Assembly (NCBI GenBank): GCA_947581645.1 | Contig: CANPVF010000142.1 | Span: forward strand, 5,724 to 69,723 | Direction: 5' to 3' | Source: Candidatus Caribbeanibacter nitroreducens | GTDB taxonomy: Bacteria > Gemmatimonadota > Gemmatimonadetes > Palauibacterales > Palauibacteraceae | Length of the DNA: 64,000 bases | Shown here: piece after piece, positions 11,276 through 20,213 of the stretch | Layout of the letters: the number at the start of each line of letters is the position of its first letter | How positions within the stretch are numbered: the first letter of the stretch is position 1 | The notes under the pieces: generated by a model | What the model saw: only the letters and a program-made list of their open reading frames with translations | Told to the model about the DNA's origin: nothing | The model's database searches: none | Translations under genes and position numbers: made by a program

Positions 11276-12823
11276 ATGAACCGCCGACTTCCAGCTCTCC
11301 TGCTGACCCTGCTGGCCGCGTCCCTGTGGGCGTGCGCCGACGACTCCACGTCGGGCCCCACCCCGGGCGCCGCCGGCGAGGCCGCCGCCGACCGCGGGCT
11401 CTTCACCGACTGGGCCCTCCTGTCGGTCCCCACCGCCGGAGGACCGGCGACCCTCCATCCGCTGGCGAATCCGGGGGGCGAGCTGTGGAGCGGGGCCGTC
11501 AGCCTGCCGCCGGTGGACGAGGCCGTACGCGTGGCGCCGCGCCTCGTCGCTCTTCGCGGCAGCGACGGCACGGTCCACCGCTACGACCCGGCGGAAGGTG
11601 CCGTCTCGGAGCTGGGGGAGCTCGCCGGCGAGGCCCGCTGGCACGGCGGCGAGAGCGGGGGCGTCTGGGCCCGGCAGGGAGACGACGGCGGGCTCGTCTG
11701 GAGCCTGTCCACCGGCGGAGGCGTGCGCCGGACCGTCGGCCGCTCCCTGCGGTGGGCCGGTCCGGCCGAGGACGGGGTCACGGTGGCCCTGCTGGGGGCC
11801 GGCCCGGCGACCCTGGTCCGGTGGCCCCGGGGCGCGGAGGAGCCCGACGCCAGCCTGGAGATCGCCGCTGGCCCGCCGGCCGAGATGACCGCCTGGGGGC
11901 GGCTCGCCGTCCTCACCCGATCGGACGAGGGCGGCGTCCTGCAGATCGTGTCGGTGTCCGAGATGGAGGCGCGGGAGAGGATCGACGTGGGCGGGCCGGT
12001 GACGGCGCTGGCGGCCTCGCCCTCCTCGCACGAGATCTACGTCGGCGTCGACGACCCGCCGCGCCTGGTGGTCGTCGACCGCTTCGGCGGCGACGTCAGC
12101 ACCCGGGCCCGCCTGCCGCGGCCCATCCGTGACATCCGACCCGGGATCGCCGGCGGCCCGCCGGTGGTGTGGGACGGCCAGGCGGCGCACCTGGTGCCGT
12201 GGGAGGACGGCGAGCCCGTCGGCCTGCAGAGCGCCTGGCGGTCGGATCTCCCGCTGTCGCTGCCCGACGGGAGCGCGCTGGTGATCCGGGACGGCGTCGT
12301 GCAGCGGACGCTCGGCGGCGACGGGGCGACGACGTCGTCGGGCGCGGCCGAGCGAATCTGGATTCCGATCCGGTGGCGGGCGGAGGCCGAGGCCGTCTCG
12401 ACCGCGGACACGGCGGAGCAGGCGGCCATCGCGGCCTCCGGGGCCGACACGACGGCCGGCGCGGCCGCCGGGGACACCGCCGCCCGAGCCGCCGCCTCGT
12501 CCGACAGCGCCGCCGCCGACTCGGCGGCCCTGTCGCCGAGCCTCCGGGTCACCGATCCCGGCTTCTACGTGGTCCTGGGCTGGTCGCGGTCCCCGGCGGG
12601 CATCCTGGAGCGGCTCCGGGGCATCCGGACCGCCGGCTTCCCCGTGGCCGTCCAGACCCGGCGGGACGACGCGGGAGCGGAGTGGTACCGGGGCATGGTG
12701 GGACCGTACTCCCGCCGCGAACGGGCGCAGCAGGTGGCCGGGACCCTCCAGCGGGAGCACGCGGTGGAGGGGTGGGTGCAGGAGGTGCGGCCGGGGCTCA
12801 TCTCGGACGAGGTCTTCCGCTGA
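11276..12823 (+). CDS. Lipoprotein with a beta-rich repeat region and a C-terminal SPOR domain
   Basis: The ATG at 11276 gives MNRRLPALLLTLLAASLWAC (lipobox). There is a long Ala/Ser linker. The C-terminus FYVVLGWSRSP..FPVAVQTRRDDAGAEWYRGMVGPYSRRERAQQVAGTL is SPOR-like. An upstream GTG at 11264 is an alternative start. Confidence 0.65.
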   Translation: MNRRLPALLLTLLAASLWACADDSTSGPTPGAAGEAAADRGLFTDWALLSVPTAGGPATLHPLANPGGELWSGAVSLPPVDEAVRVAPRLVALRGSDGTVHRYDPAEGAVSELGELAGEARWHGGESGGVWARQGDDGGLVWSLSTGGGVRRTVGRSLRWAGPAEDGVTVALLGAGPATLVRWPRGAEEPDASLEIAAGPPAEMTAWGRLAVLTRSDEGGVLQIVSVSEMEARERIDVGGPVTALAASPSSHEIYVGVDDPPRLVVVDRFGGDVSTRARLPRPIRDIRPGIAGGPPVVWDGQAAHLVPWEDGEPVGLQSAWRSDLPLSLPDGSALVIRDGVVQRTLGGDGATTSSGAAERIWIPIRWRAEAEAVSTADTAEQAAIAASGADTTAGAAAGDTAARAAASSDSAAADSAALSPSLRVTDPGFYVVLGWSRSPAGILERLRGIRTAGFPVAVQTRRDDAGAEWYRGMVGPYSRRERAQQVAGTLQREHAVEGWVQEVRPGLISDEVFR

Positions 12824-12831
12824 GCACCGTC

Positions 12832-14160
12832 GTGGAGCGGGCGCGGGCGGTGGTGGAGGAGTGGCCCGAGGACGGCCGCGTCGTCGGAGTGGTCGCCGAT
12901 CCCTCCGATCCGGCGTGGACCGGCAGGGCGCTCCTCAAGCTGATCCGGGCCGTGGGCGAGCGCCGCCGACCCGCCTTCCTCCTCGACCTGGCCCCGGAGG
13001 CCAGCAACCTGACGGCCCGCTTCGGGGCCGCCGGCTCCGACGGGTTCGCCGAGGTGGCGGACGGGAACGCCACCCTGGCCGGCATCGCCCACCGGCGACC
13101 CGAGATCGACGGGGCGTACCTGCCGTGCGGCGTGAGCCGATCGGGGGAGGACCTGGCGGGGTCGAAGCAGCTGACGGCGCTGGCCGACCGGGTCCGTGAC
13201 GCCGGCGGCGTCCTGCTCGTGGTCCTGGACCGACGCGCGGCCCGTCGCGCCGCCGACACCGGATGGCCGGACGGCTGGCTCCTGGTGGGGGACCCCGAAT
13301 CGGCGACGGGGGGCGAGGCGCTTCCCGGGGATCTCCCGGAGGTCGGCCGGATCGAGCAGCAGGCGTCCGACGGACGGGCCTCGGGGCGCTGGCGGCGCCA
13401 CCGGGAGAGCGGAGGCTTCCCGACGCTCAAGGTGGTCGGAGCGCTCCTCCTCCTGGCGGCCCTGGCCGGGGCGTGGTGGTGGTACGCGAACCGCGTCACG
13501 GACGAAGGAGCCGGGGGACCGGCGGAGACCGGGGCCGCGGATACTGTGGCCGCCGCTCCGAGCCGGCCCGCCGACGTTCGTCCGGCGTCCACCGGCGGCG
13601 CCGAAAACGCTGCCGCTGCCGAGGACGCCGGCTCCGGGGACGCGGCGTCCGCCGCCGACGGGTCGACCCTCAGCTACTCCGTGCTCATCGCCAGCTACGC
13701 GTCGTCCGACGACGCACGGGAGCGGGTCCGCCAGCTGTCGGGCCAGGTGGACGGGCTGTACTTCGTGGCTCCCACCCCGGTGCAGGGAGCGCTCTGGCAC
13801 CGCGTCTACGCGGGCTCCCTCCCGGACCGTACCTCGGCGATGAGCCTCATGGAGCGGCTGGTGGAGGCCGGAGCCAAGGAGGAGGGGCGGGCGTGGGACG
13901 TGCGGCCCGTGCCGTGGAGCTTTCGCCTCGCCGGCGATTTCGGCCGGGACTTCGGCGACCGGAGCGCCGCCGAGTCGTGGGCCCGCCGGCTGCGCGAGCG
14001 CGGCGTGCCCGCCTACGTGCTCCCCGTGCCGGACGGCGACGCCTACCGCGTCTACTCCGGCGCCTTCGAGGCTCGGGAGGACGCGGAGGCCCTGGAGGCG
14101 CGACTGCGGGAGGCGGGCGTCGACGCGGAGCTGACTCGCCGCACCGGGGAGGCGCCGTGA
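12832..14160 (+). CDS. Bitopic protein: degenerate P-loop-NTPase-like N-domain, one TM segment, and two SPOR-like repeats
   Basis: Shares its frame with track ORF 12169..14160. The GTG at 12832 follows the upstream stop. The TM segment is LKVVGALLLLAALAGAWWWY. The SPOR-like repeats are YSVLIASYASSDDARERV..WHRVYAGS and WSFRLAGDFG..AYRVYSGAFEAREDAEAL. The start position is approximate. Confidence 0.6.
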   Translation: MERARAVVEEWPEDGRVVGVVADPSDPAWTGRALLKLIRAVGERRRPAFLLDLAPEASNLTARFGAAGSDGFAEVADGNATLAGIAHRRPEIDGAYLPCGVSRSGEDLAGSKQLTALADRVRDAGGVLLVVLDRRAARRAADTGWPDGWLLVGDPESATGGEALPGDLPEVGRIEQQASDGRASGRWRRHRESGGFPTLKVVGALLLLAALAGAWWWYANRVTDEGAGGPAETGAADTVAAAPSRPADVRPASTGGAENAAAAEDAGSGDAASAADGSTLSYSVLIASYASSDDARERVRQLSGQVDGLYFVAPTPVQGALWHRVYAGSLPDRTSAMSLMERLVEAGAKEEGRAWDVRPVPWSFRLAGDFGRDFGDRSAAESWARRLRERGVPAYVLPVPDGDAYRVYSGAFEAREDAEALEARLREAGVDAELTRRTGEAP

Positions 14161-14237
14161 TCGGAGCGAGCGTGCGGGCCGGCTGTCGGGTGCACGTCGG
14201 GCGCGACCCGGCGATGAGAGAGGGATGAGGTGACAGG

Positions 14238-17200
14238 GTGAAGATCAAGACGCTCACGCTGCACGGCTTCAAATCGTTCGCCGACCGCACGGAGGTGGAC
14301 CTGCACGAGGGGATCACCGCCATCGTGGGGCCGAACGGGTGCGGGAAGTCGAACATCTCCGACGCCATCCGATGGGTGCTCGGAGAGCAGCGCCCCACCG
14401 CCATCCGCGGGAGCCGGATGGAGGAAGCCATCTTCGAGGGCACCGTCAACCGGAAGCCCATCCACCGGGCCGAGGTGGAGATGGTGCTCAGCAACGAGGA
14501 CGGACAGCTGGCCGTCCCCCGGAGCGAGGTCTCCATCGGTCGCACCGTCTTCCGCGGCGGCGAGAGCGAGTACCGGCTGAACGGCGAGACGTGCCGCCTC
14601 AAGGACATCCAGGATCTCATCCGGGACACCGGGCTCGGCGCCAACGAGTACTCGGTCATCGAGAACCGGATGATCGACTCCATCCTCAGCGACCGCGCGG
14701 AGGAGCGCCGGGCCCTCTTCGAGGAGGCCGCCGAGATCAGCCGCTACAAGGAGCGGCGGCGGACCGCTCTCCGCCGTCTGGACCAGGCGGAGGAGGACCT
14801 GGAGCGGCTGGAGGACCTCCTGGGCGAGGTCCGGACGAAGGTGCGCTCGCTGGCCCAGCAGAAGGGGCGGGCGGAGAAGTACGAGGACCTGCGCGAGCGG
14901 CGCCTCACCCTGGAGGTGACCCTGGGCGAGGTCCGGCTGGAGGACATCGAGGAGCGCCTGGAGGAGGCCGAAGAGGCGCTGGAGCGGATCCGCTCCAGCG
15001 AGCCGGCGGAGCAGGGCGAGCTGAGCCGGCGGGAGACGGAGGCCGAGCGGCTCCGCGTGGAGATCGCGGAGGCCGAGGACCGCCGCGACGAGATCGCCTC
15101 CCGCCTGGAGGAGGTCCGGTCCCGGGCCGAGAAGACCGAGCGGGAGCGGCTCGTGGCCCGGGAGCGGGCGACGGCGGCCGAGGAGCGGCTGGAGACGATC
15201 CGCTCCGAGCTGGACGACCTGGAGGAGCGCCGCGGCGAGCTGGAGGAGCGCCGCTCGGAGCTCGACGACGAGCTGGAGTCCGAGCGGGAGGGGCTGCACG
15301 AGCTCCGGCGGAAGCGGGACGAGGCGTCGCGCGAGGTCCAGGCGCGGCGCGAGGAGCGGGACCGCAGGAAGAGCGCGGAGGAGGAGGCCGTGGGACGCCT
15401 CCGCGAGCTCCGGAGCCGCATCGGCGCCCTGGAGGGAGAGGCCGAGGCCGCTGCCGACCGGATCGAGGAGCGGGAGCGGGAGCTGGAGCGGCGGCGGACC
15501 GAGATGGAGGAGGCCGAGGCCGCCGTCGAGGAGGCCCGCCGGGAGCTGGAGGACGTCCGCTCCGAGCTGGAGGAGGCCGGGTCCGACGTCGAGGGGCTAC
15601 GGGGCGACCTGGAGGCCGTCCGGGAGGAGGTCGGGCGGCGAGAGGAGGAGCTGTCGGAGAGCCGGGAGCGGCTGGCCGAGCTGGAGGGTGAGCTCTCGGC
15701 CGAGCGGGAGCGGGTGGAGAGCCTCGCCTCGCTGGTCCGTTCCGGCGACGAACACCCGGCCGTGGTGGCGGAGCTGCTGGACGCCGACGACCGCCCCGAA
15801 GGGGTGGAGGGCCTGCTGGCCGACCTCGTGGAGGTGCCCGAGGATCTGGCCCGGCCGGTGGAGGCCCACCTCGGGCCGTACCTGCACGCCGTGGTCGTCC
15901 GCGACTGGGAGGCGGTCCGGGCGGTGCAGCAGTGGCGCCGGGACCGCGAGGAGGCCGACGGCCTGATCCTGCTCCCGGTGGACCCCGGACCCGGCGGGGA
16001 CGCCCCGGGCGGGGACGAGCTGCCTGCGGGCGTCGAGGTCGAGGGGGCCGCGGAGGCCTGGGTCCGTGCCCTGCTGGGCGGCGTGCGGGTGGCGGACGAC
16101 GACGGCGATCTGCGGCCGGGAAGCGAGCCGTGGGCCCGCGCAGACGGGACGGGTCAGGACGGGCTCGGGGCGGTCCGGCTCGGGACCCCGGGCTCGGGCC
16201 AGGGCGTGCTTCGCCGCCGGGCCGAGCTGCGGGACGCCCGGTCCGAGCTCGAGGAGATGGAGGAGCGCCGCGCGACCCTGGAGGCGGAGCTGGAAGAGCG
16301 CCGCGAGGCCCTGTCCGAGAGCACCGCCCGGCGCGACGAGGCGGCGGACGCCCTGGAGGAGGCCGAGCGGCGGGGCCGCCGGCTGGAGTCCCGGCAGGAG
16401 GCCGCCGAGCACCGCCTGGAGCGGGCCCGCGGAGAGCGGGACGAGGCGGAGCGGCGCATCGGCGAGCTGGAGGAGGCGCTGGAGGAAGCCCGCCGGGAGC
16501 GACGGGAGAAGTCCTCGAGCCTGGAGGAGGCGCGGCGGGAGCACGAGGAGGCCGAGGAAGCCGCCGCCGAGGCACGGGGCGAGCTCATGCAGGCCGAGTC
16601 GGCCCTGGAGGAGGCCTCCGACGTGCTGCAGGAGCGGGAGCTCGAGATCGCACGGCGGGAGTCCGCCGTTGAGCGGGCCCGGGAACGGATGGAGTCGACG
16701 GCCGGGGCCCTGGAGGAGCTCTCCGAGCGGCGGCAGCGCCTCGAGGACGAGGCCCGGGAGAAGCGCGACGCCATCGAGGAGGCGCGCGGCGAGGCCGAGG
16801 AGAGCCAGGACGCGGTGGCCGACCTGCTGGAGCGCCGATCCGAGCTGGAGGAGGAGCTCCGGGAGCAGGAGGAGGAGATCCGCGAGATGCGGGGCGAGCT
16901 CGACGAGGAGGAGTCGTGGCTCCGGGAGGCGCGGAAGGAGGAGCGCCAGCAATCGGAGCGGCGGCACGAGCTCGAGCTGGAGATCGCCGAGCTCCGGGGC
17001 AAGCGATCCAGCATCCGGGAGCGGATCGAGGGAGAGTGGGACGAGCCCTTCGAGGACCTCCGCGAGCGGGTCGAGCCCCCGGAGTCGGGCGGACCGGCCG
17101 AGTGGTCGGAGCAGCTGGAGGAGGTGAAGCGGGACCTGCACCGCCTGGGCCCGGTCAACCTGCTGGCCGCCGAGGAATATCGGGAAGAGCGCGAGCGGCT

Positions 17201-17813
17201 CGACTTTCTCGAGGAGCAGCGGGACGACCTGCTGGAGGCGCGCGACGACCTCCACGAGTCCATCGAGCGGATCAACGACGCCGCGGCCACGGCCTTCCGC
17301 GAGACCTTCGACGAGATCCGCGGCAACTTCCAGCGCACCTTCGACACCCTCTTCGAGGGCGGCGACTGCGACGTGTGGCTCGAGGACCCGGACGACCCGC
17401 TGGATTCCGCCATCGAGATCTCGGCGAGCCCGGGGGGGAAGACGACGCAGCGCATCCACCTGCTCTCCGGAGGCGAGCGGGCGCTCACCGCGCTGGCACT
17501 GGTCTTCGGGATCTACCTGGCCAAGCCGAGCCCCTTCTGCATCATGGACGAGGTCGACGCGCCCCTGGACGAGACCAACGTGGGTCGCTTCACCGCGATG
17601 CTGGAGCGCTTCAAGGAGGACACCCAGTTCGTGGTCATCACCCACAACCCCCGCACGATCGCGGAGGCGGACTGGATCTACGGGGTCACCATGCAGGAGC
17701 CGGGTGTCTCCTCCGTGGTGGGGGTCGACTTCGAGGATCTGCCCGCCGAGGCCGGAGGGGAGGAGGGCGGAGGGGACGAGACCGGGGACGAGGACCGGGA
17801 GGTGCCGGCGTGA
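14238..17813 (+). CDS. smc: Chromosome segregation protein SMC
   Basis: 1191 aa. N-terminus MKIKTLTLHGFKSFADRTEVDL..IVGPNGCGKSNISDAIRWVLGEQ, then long coiled coils and a hinge. C-terminus has LSGGERALTALALVFGIY..FCIMDEVDAPLD. Confidence 0.97.
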   Translation: MKIKTLTLHGFKSFADRTEVDLHEGITAIVGPNGCGKSNISDAIRWVLGEQRPTAIRGSRMEEAIFEGTVNRKPIHRAEVEMVLSNEDGQLAVPRSEVSIGRTVFRGGESEYRLNGETCRLKDIQDLIRDTGLGANEYSVIENRMIDSILSDRAEERRALFEEAAEISRYKERRRTALRRLDQAEEDLERLEDLLGEVRTKVRSLAQQKGRAEKYEDLRERRLTLEVTLGEVRLEDIEERLEEAEEALERIRSSEPAEQGELSRRETEAERLRVEIAEAEDRRDEIASRLEEVRSRAEKTERERLVARERATAAEERLETIRSELDDLEERRGELEERRSELDDELESEREGLHELRRKRDEASREVQARREERDRRKSAEEEAVGRLRELRSRIGALEGEAEAAADRIEERERELERRRTEMEEAEAAVEEARRELEDVRSELEEAGSDVEGLRGDLEAVREEVGRREEELSESRERLAELEGELSAERERVESLASLVRSGDEHPAVVAELLDADDRPEGVEGLLADLVEVPEDLARPVEAHLGPYLHAVVVRDWEAVRAVQQWRRDREEADGLILLPVDPGPGGDAPGGDELPAGVEVEGAAEAWVRALLGGVRVADDDGDLRPGSEPWARADGTGQDGLGAVRLGTPGSGQGVLRRRAELRDARSELEEMEERRATLEAELEERREALSESTARRDEAADALEEAERRGRRLESRQEAAEHRLERARGERDEAERRIGELEEALEEARRERREKSSSLEEARREHEEAEEAAAEARGELMQAESALEEASDVLQERELEIARRESAVERARERMESTAGALEELSERRQRLEDEAREKRDAIEEARGEAEESQDAVADLLERRSELEEELREQEEEIREMRGELDEEESWLREARKEERQQSERRHELELEIAELRGKRSSIRERIEGEWDEPFEDLRERVEPPESGGPAEWSEQLEEVKRDLHRLGPVNLLAAEEYREERERLDFLEEQRDDLLEARDDLHESIERINDAAATAFRETFDEIRGNFQRTFDTLFEGGDCDVWLEDPDDPLDSAIEISASPGGKTTQRIHLLSGGERALTALALVFGIYLAKPSPFCIMDEVDAPLDETNVGRFTAMLERFKEDTQFVVITHNPRTIAEADWIYGVTMQEPGVSSVVGVDFEDLPAEAGGEEGGGDETGDEDREVPA

Positions 17814-18604
17814 TCCGGTACGTGGCCGTGGGAACCGGGACCGTGGTGCCCGAGGGGGACCGCGGCATGTCGGCGCACTTCCTGGAGGTCGGCGGCCGAC
17901 GCGTCCTCCTGGACTGCGGTCCCGGCACGGTCCAGGGCCTCGCGCGACACGGTCTCCCGTGGGAGGAGCTCACGGACCTGTGTCTCACGCACTTCCACCC
18001 CGATCACGTGGGAGCCCTGCCCGGACTCCTCTTCTCGCTCAAGCACGCGGCGGGGCCCGCCCGCGAGGGGAGGGAGCTCACCGTTCGGGGGCCGCCCGGC
18101 ACCGCGGCGCTGTTCGACCGGCTGGCGTCGGCGCTGGGCGATTTCATCGTCGATCCCGGCTTTCCGGTCACGATCCGAGAGTCGGAGCCGGGGGGAGAGG
18201 AGGAGCTCGGCGGCGGCCTGCGGCTGCGGACCCACGCGACGCCCCACACCGACGAGAGCCGCGCCCTGCGGCTGGACGCAGGCGAGGTGGCGGTGGGCTA
18301 CACCGGCGATACCGGGCCGGAGCCGGGGCTCGAGTCGTTCTTCTCCGACGTCGGACTCCTGGTGGCCGAGTGCTCGCTGACCGACGACGAGGTGGGCGAG
18401 AACCACCTGTCGCCCTCGCGGGTGGCGCGACTGGCCCGGGGAGCCGGCCCAGAACTTCTGGCGCTCACACACATATACCCGCACGTCCGCAGGGGGCACG
18501 ACGTGCCGGCCCTCGTACGGGCCGCCGGATGGACCGGCCGGGTCCGGGTGGCCCGGGACGGCTGGGAGCATCACCTGAGAACGAACACCAACGCACGGAG
18601 CTGA
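17810..18604 (+). CDS. MBL-fold metallo-hydrolase (RNase Z/BN-like)
   Basis: The GTG at 17810 overlaps the smc stop (GTGA). Contains FLEVGGRRVLLDCGPG and THFHPDHVGALPGL. Confidence 0.85.
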   Translation: MIRYVAVGTGTVVPEGDRGMSAHFLEVGGRRVLLDCGPGTVQGLARHGLPWEELTDLCLTHFHPDHVGALPGLLFSLKHAAGPAREGRELTVRGPPGTAALFDRLASALGDFIVDPGFPVTIRESEPGGEEELGGGLRLRTHATPHTDESRALRLDAGEVAVGYTGDTGPEPGLESFFSDVGLLVAECSLTDDEVGENHLSPSRVARLARGAGPELLALTHIYPHVRRGHDVPALVRAAGWTGRVRVARDGWEHHLRTNTNARS

Positions 18605-18606
18605 AC

Positions 18607-19659
18607 ATGCTGGTCGTCATGGACCACCGGGCCTCCGAGGAGGACGTGGAGGCCGTCGTCCAGACCATCGAGGAGATGGGCTACGAGCCCGAGCCGATTC
18701 CCGGACGCCAGCGGACGGCCATCGGCGTCGTCGGCAACGACGGCTACGTGGACGAGGATCCCTTCGTCGCCCTGGACGGGGTGCGCGAAGTGATCCACGT
18801 CTCCCGCCCGTACAAGCAGGTGAGCCGGGAGTGGCGACCCGAGGAGACGGTGATCGAGCTCCCGAACGGGGCCACCATCGGGGGGGAGGGCGTCACCATC
18901 ATGGCCGGCCCCTGCTCCGTGGAGTCGGAGGAGCAGATCCTGGAGGCGGCCCGCCGGGTGAAGCGGGCCGGTGCCACGGTGCTCCGGGGCGGCGCGTTCA
19001 AGCCCCGGACCTCGCCCTACTCCTTCCAGGGGCTGGGCGAGCCCGGCCTGGAGCTGCTCGCACGGGCCCGCGAGGAGACGGGCCTGGCCATCGTCACCGA
19101 GGCGCTGGACCCCTCCGGCGTGGAGCTGGTGGCCCGGTACACGGACATCATCCAGATCGGCGCCCGGAACATGCAGAACTACTCGCTGCTGCGGGCCGCC
19201 GGATCGGCGGGCAAGCCGGTGATGCTCAAGCGGGGGATCTCGGCCACGCTCAGGGAGTGGCTCCTGGCGGCCGAGTACCTCCTGAACGAGGGCGAGAGCC
19301 GGGTCATCCTCTGCGAGCGGGGCGTGCGCAACTTCGACGACCACGCACGCTACCTCCTGGACCTGACCGCGGTGCCCAGCGCGAAGCAGGAGACCCACCT
19401 CCCGGTGATCGCGGATCCCAGCCACGGCACCGGCGACCGGAAGAAGGTCCCGCCCATGGCTCGCGCCGCCGTGGCGGCCGGGGCCGACGGACTGCTGGTG
19501 GAGGTGCACCCCGATCCCCCGCACGCCCTCTCGGACGGGGCGCAGTCGCTGACGCCGGACCGCTTCGACGAGCTCATGGAGGAGCTGGAGGCCATCGCCG
19601 CCTCCATCGACCGGCACCTGACGCCGGCCGTCCGGGAGGCGGTGGAGGCGGCCGGCTGA
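18607..19659 (+). CDS. aroF: 3-deoxy-7-phosphoheptulonate (DAHP) synthase, type I-beta, with an N-terminal ferredoxin-like regulatory domain
   Basis: ATG at 18607. Starts MLVVMDHRASEEDVEAVVQTIEEMGYEPEP, contains IMAGPCSVESEEQ and RGGAFKPRTSPYSFQGLG. The architecture resembles Thermotoga-type DAHPS. Confidence 0.93.
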   Translation: MLVVMDHRASEEDVEAVVQTIEEMGYEPEPIPGRQRTAIGVVGNDGYVDEDPFVALDGVREVIHVSRPYKQVSREWRPEETVIELPNGATIGGEGVTIMAGPCSVESEEQILEAARRVKRAGATVLRGGAFKPRTSPYSFQGLGEPGLELLARAREETGLAIVTEALDPSGVELVARYTDIIQIGARNMQNYSLLRAAGSAGKPVMLKRGISATLREWLLAAEYLLNEGESRVILCERGVRNFDDHARYLLDLTAVPSAKQETHLPVIADPSHGTGDRKKVPPMARAAVAAGADGLLVEVHPDPPHALSDGAQSLTPDRFDELMEELEAIAASIDRHLTPAVREAVEAAG

Positions 19660-20021
19660 GCACCCGGCCGGCGGGCCAGCGCGGAGAGGAGCTCGCGGCC
19701 GATCACCTCCGGGCCGCCGGGCTCCGGATCCTGGACCGGAACTGGCGATCGGGCCGGCTCGAGATCGACATCGTGGCCCGGGACGGGGACACCGTGGCCT
19801 TCGTGGAGGTCAAGTCGCGGGGGCCGGGTCCGCAGGCCCCGGCCGAGGCCCTGGGGCGGGGACAGCGCCGGCGCCTCCGGCGCGCCGCCGAGGCCTGGAT
19901 CCACTCCCATCCCGGCGTGGGGCGCGAGTTCCGGTTCGACCTGGTGGGGATCCGGCTGCCGGAGGGGGGCGAGCCCCGGATCGATCACCGCCCGGACGCC
20001 TGGCACGGGGACGGGCCGTGA
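19656..20021 (+). CDS. yraN: YraN-family (UPF0102) endonuclease; start codon non-canonical or unresolved
   Basis: Contains GEELAADHLRAAGLRILDRNWRSGRLEIDIVARDGDTVAFVEVKSR. There is no ATG/GTG/TTG in frame upstream of the conserved core. GGAGG-N7-CTG at 19644-19658 overlaps the aroF stop. Confidence 0.75.
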   Translation: MSTRPAGQRGEELAADHLRAAGLRILDRNWRSGRLEIDIVARDGDTVAFVEVKSRGPGPQAPAEALGRGQRRRLRRAAEAWIHSHPGVGREFRFDLVGIRLPEGGEPRIDHRPDAWHGDGP

Positions 20022-20034
20022 GGGGGACGATCCG

Positions 20035-20063
20035 TTGACCGCGTCGGTCCCCGCGGTTAGGTT
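20035..20063 (+). promoter_or_regulatory. Candidate promoter of the SRP RNA gene
   Basis: TTGACC-N17-TAGGTT. The predicted transcription start at about 20070 coincides with the 5' end of the SRP RNA closing helix. Confidence 0.45.
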
Positions 20064-20069
20064 CGAGGC

Positions 20070-20168
20070 ACGCCCCAGGCCCGTGGGGTTGGATCGCGTG
20101 AATCCCGTCAGGACCGTGAAGGTAGCAGCGGTAAGCGCGTGAAGGTCGCCACGGTCAGCCTGGGGTTT
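20070..20168 (+). ncRNA. ffs: Signal recognition particle RNA (small 4.5S type)
   Basis: The domain IV motif GUCAGGACCGUGAAGGUAGCAGC matches the bacterial consensus GUCAGGUCCGGAAGGAAGCAGC, with a GNRA loop GUGA. The closing helix pairs ccccaggc (20073-80) with gcctgggg (20158-65) and is followed by a U/C-rich tail. Its position upstream of dnaX-ybaB-recR matches B. subtilis. Confidence 0.8.
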
Positions 20169-20213
20169 TCTCTTTGATGCTCTCTCTTTCAACCGGCGTC
20201 CCCGCCGGATAGC

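Noticed and set aside
9146-12760. A 1204-aa minus-strand ORF. The 1264-aa ORF at 20217..24011 (-) and the 556-682-aa ORFs antisense to smc are similar cases.
   Set aside because: They overlap several independently recognisable plus-strand genes (rplI, rsfS, dnaX, ybaB, recR, pgsA, smc). Their translations are Arg/Pro/Gly-rich and low-complexity, with no domains. They are shadow ORFs.
20022-20070. A hairpin (ggggac...gtcccc) and a GGTTCGAGG T-loop-like string that might indicate a tRNA or a yraN terminator.
   Set aside because: No cloverleaf can be drawn, because there are no complementary T-stem, acceptor or anticodon arms. The segment is better explained as the TTGACC-N17-TAGGTT promoter of the SRP RNA.
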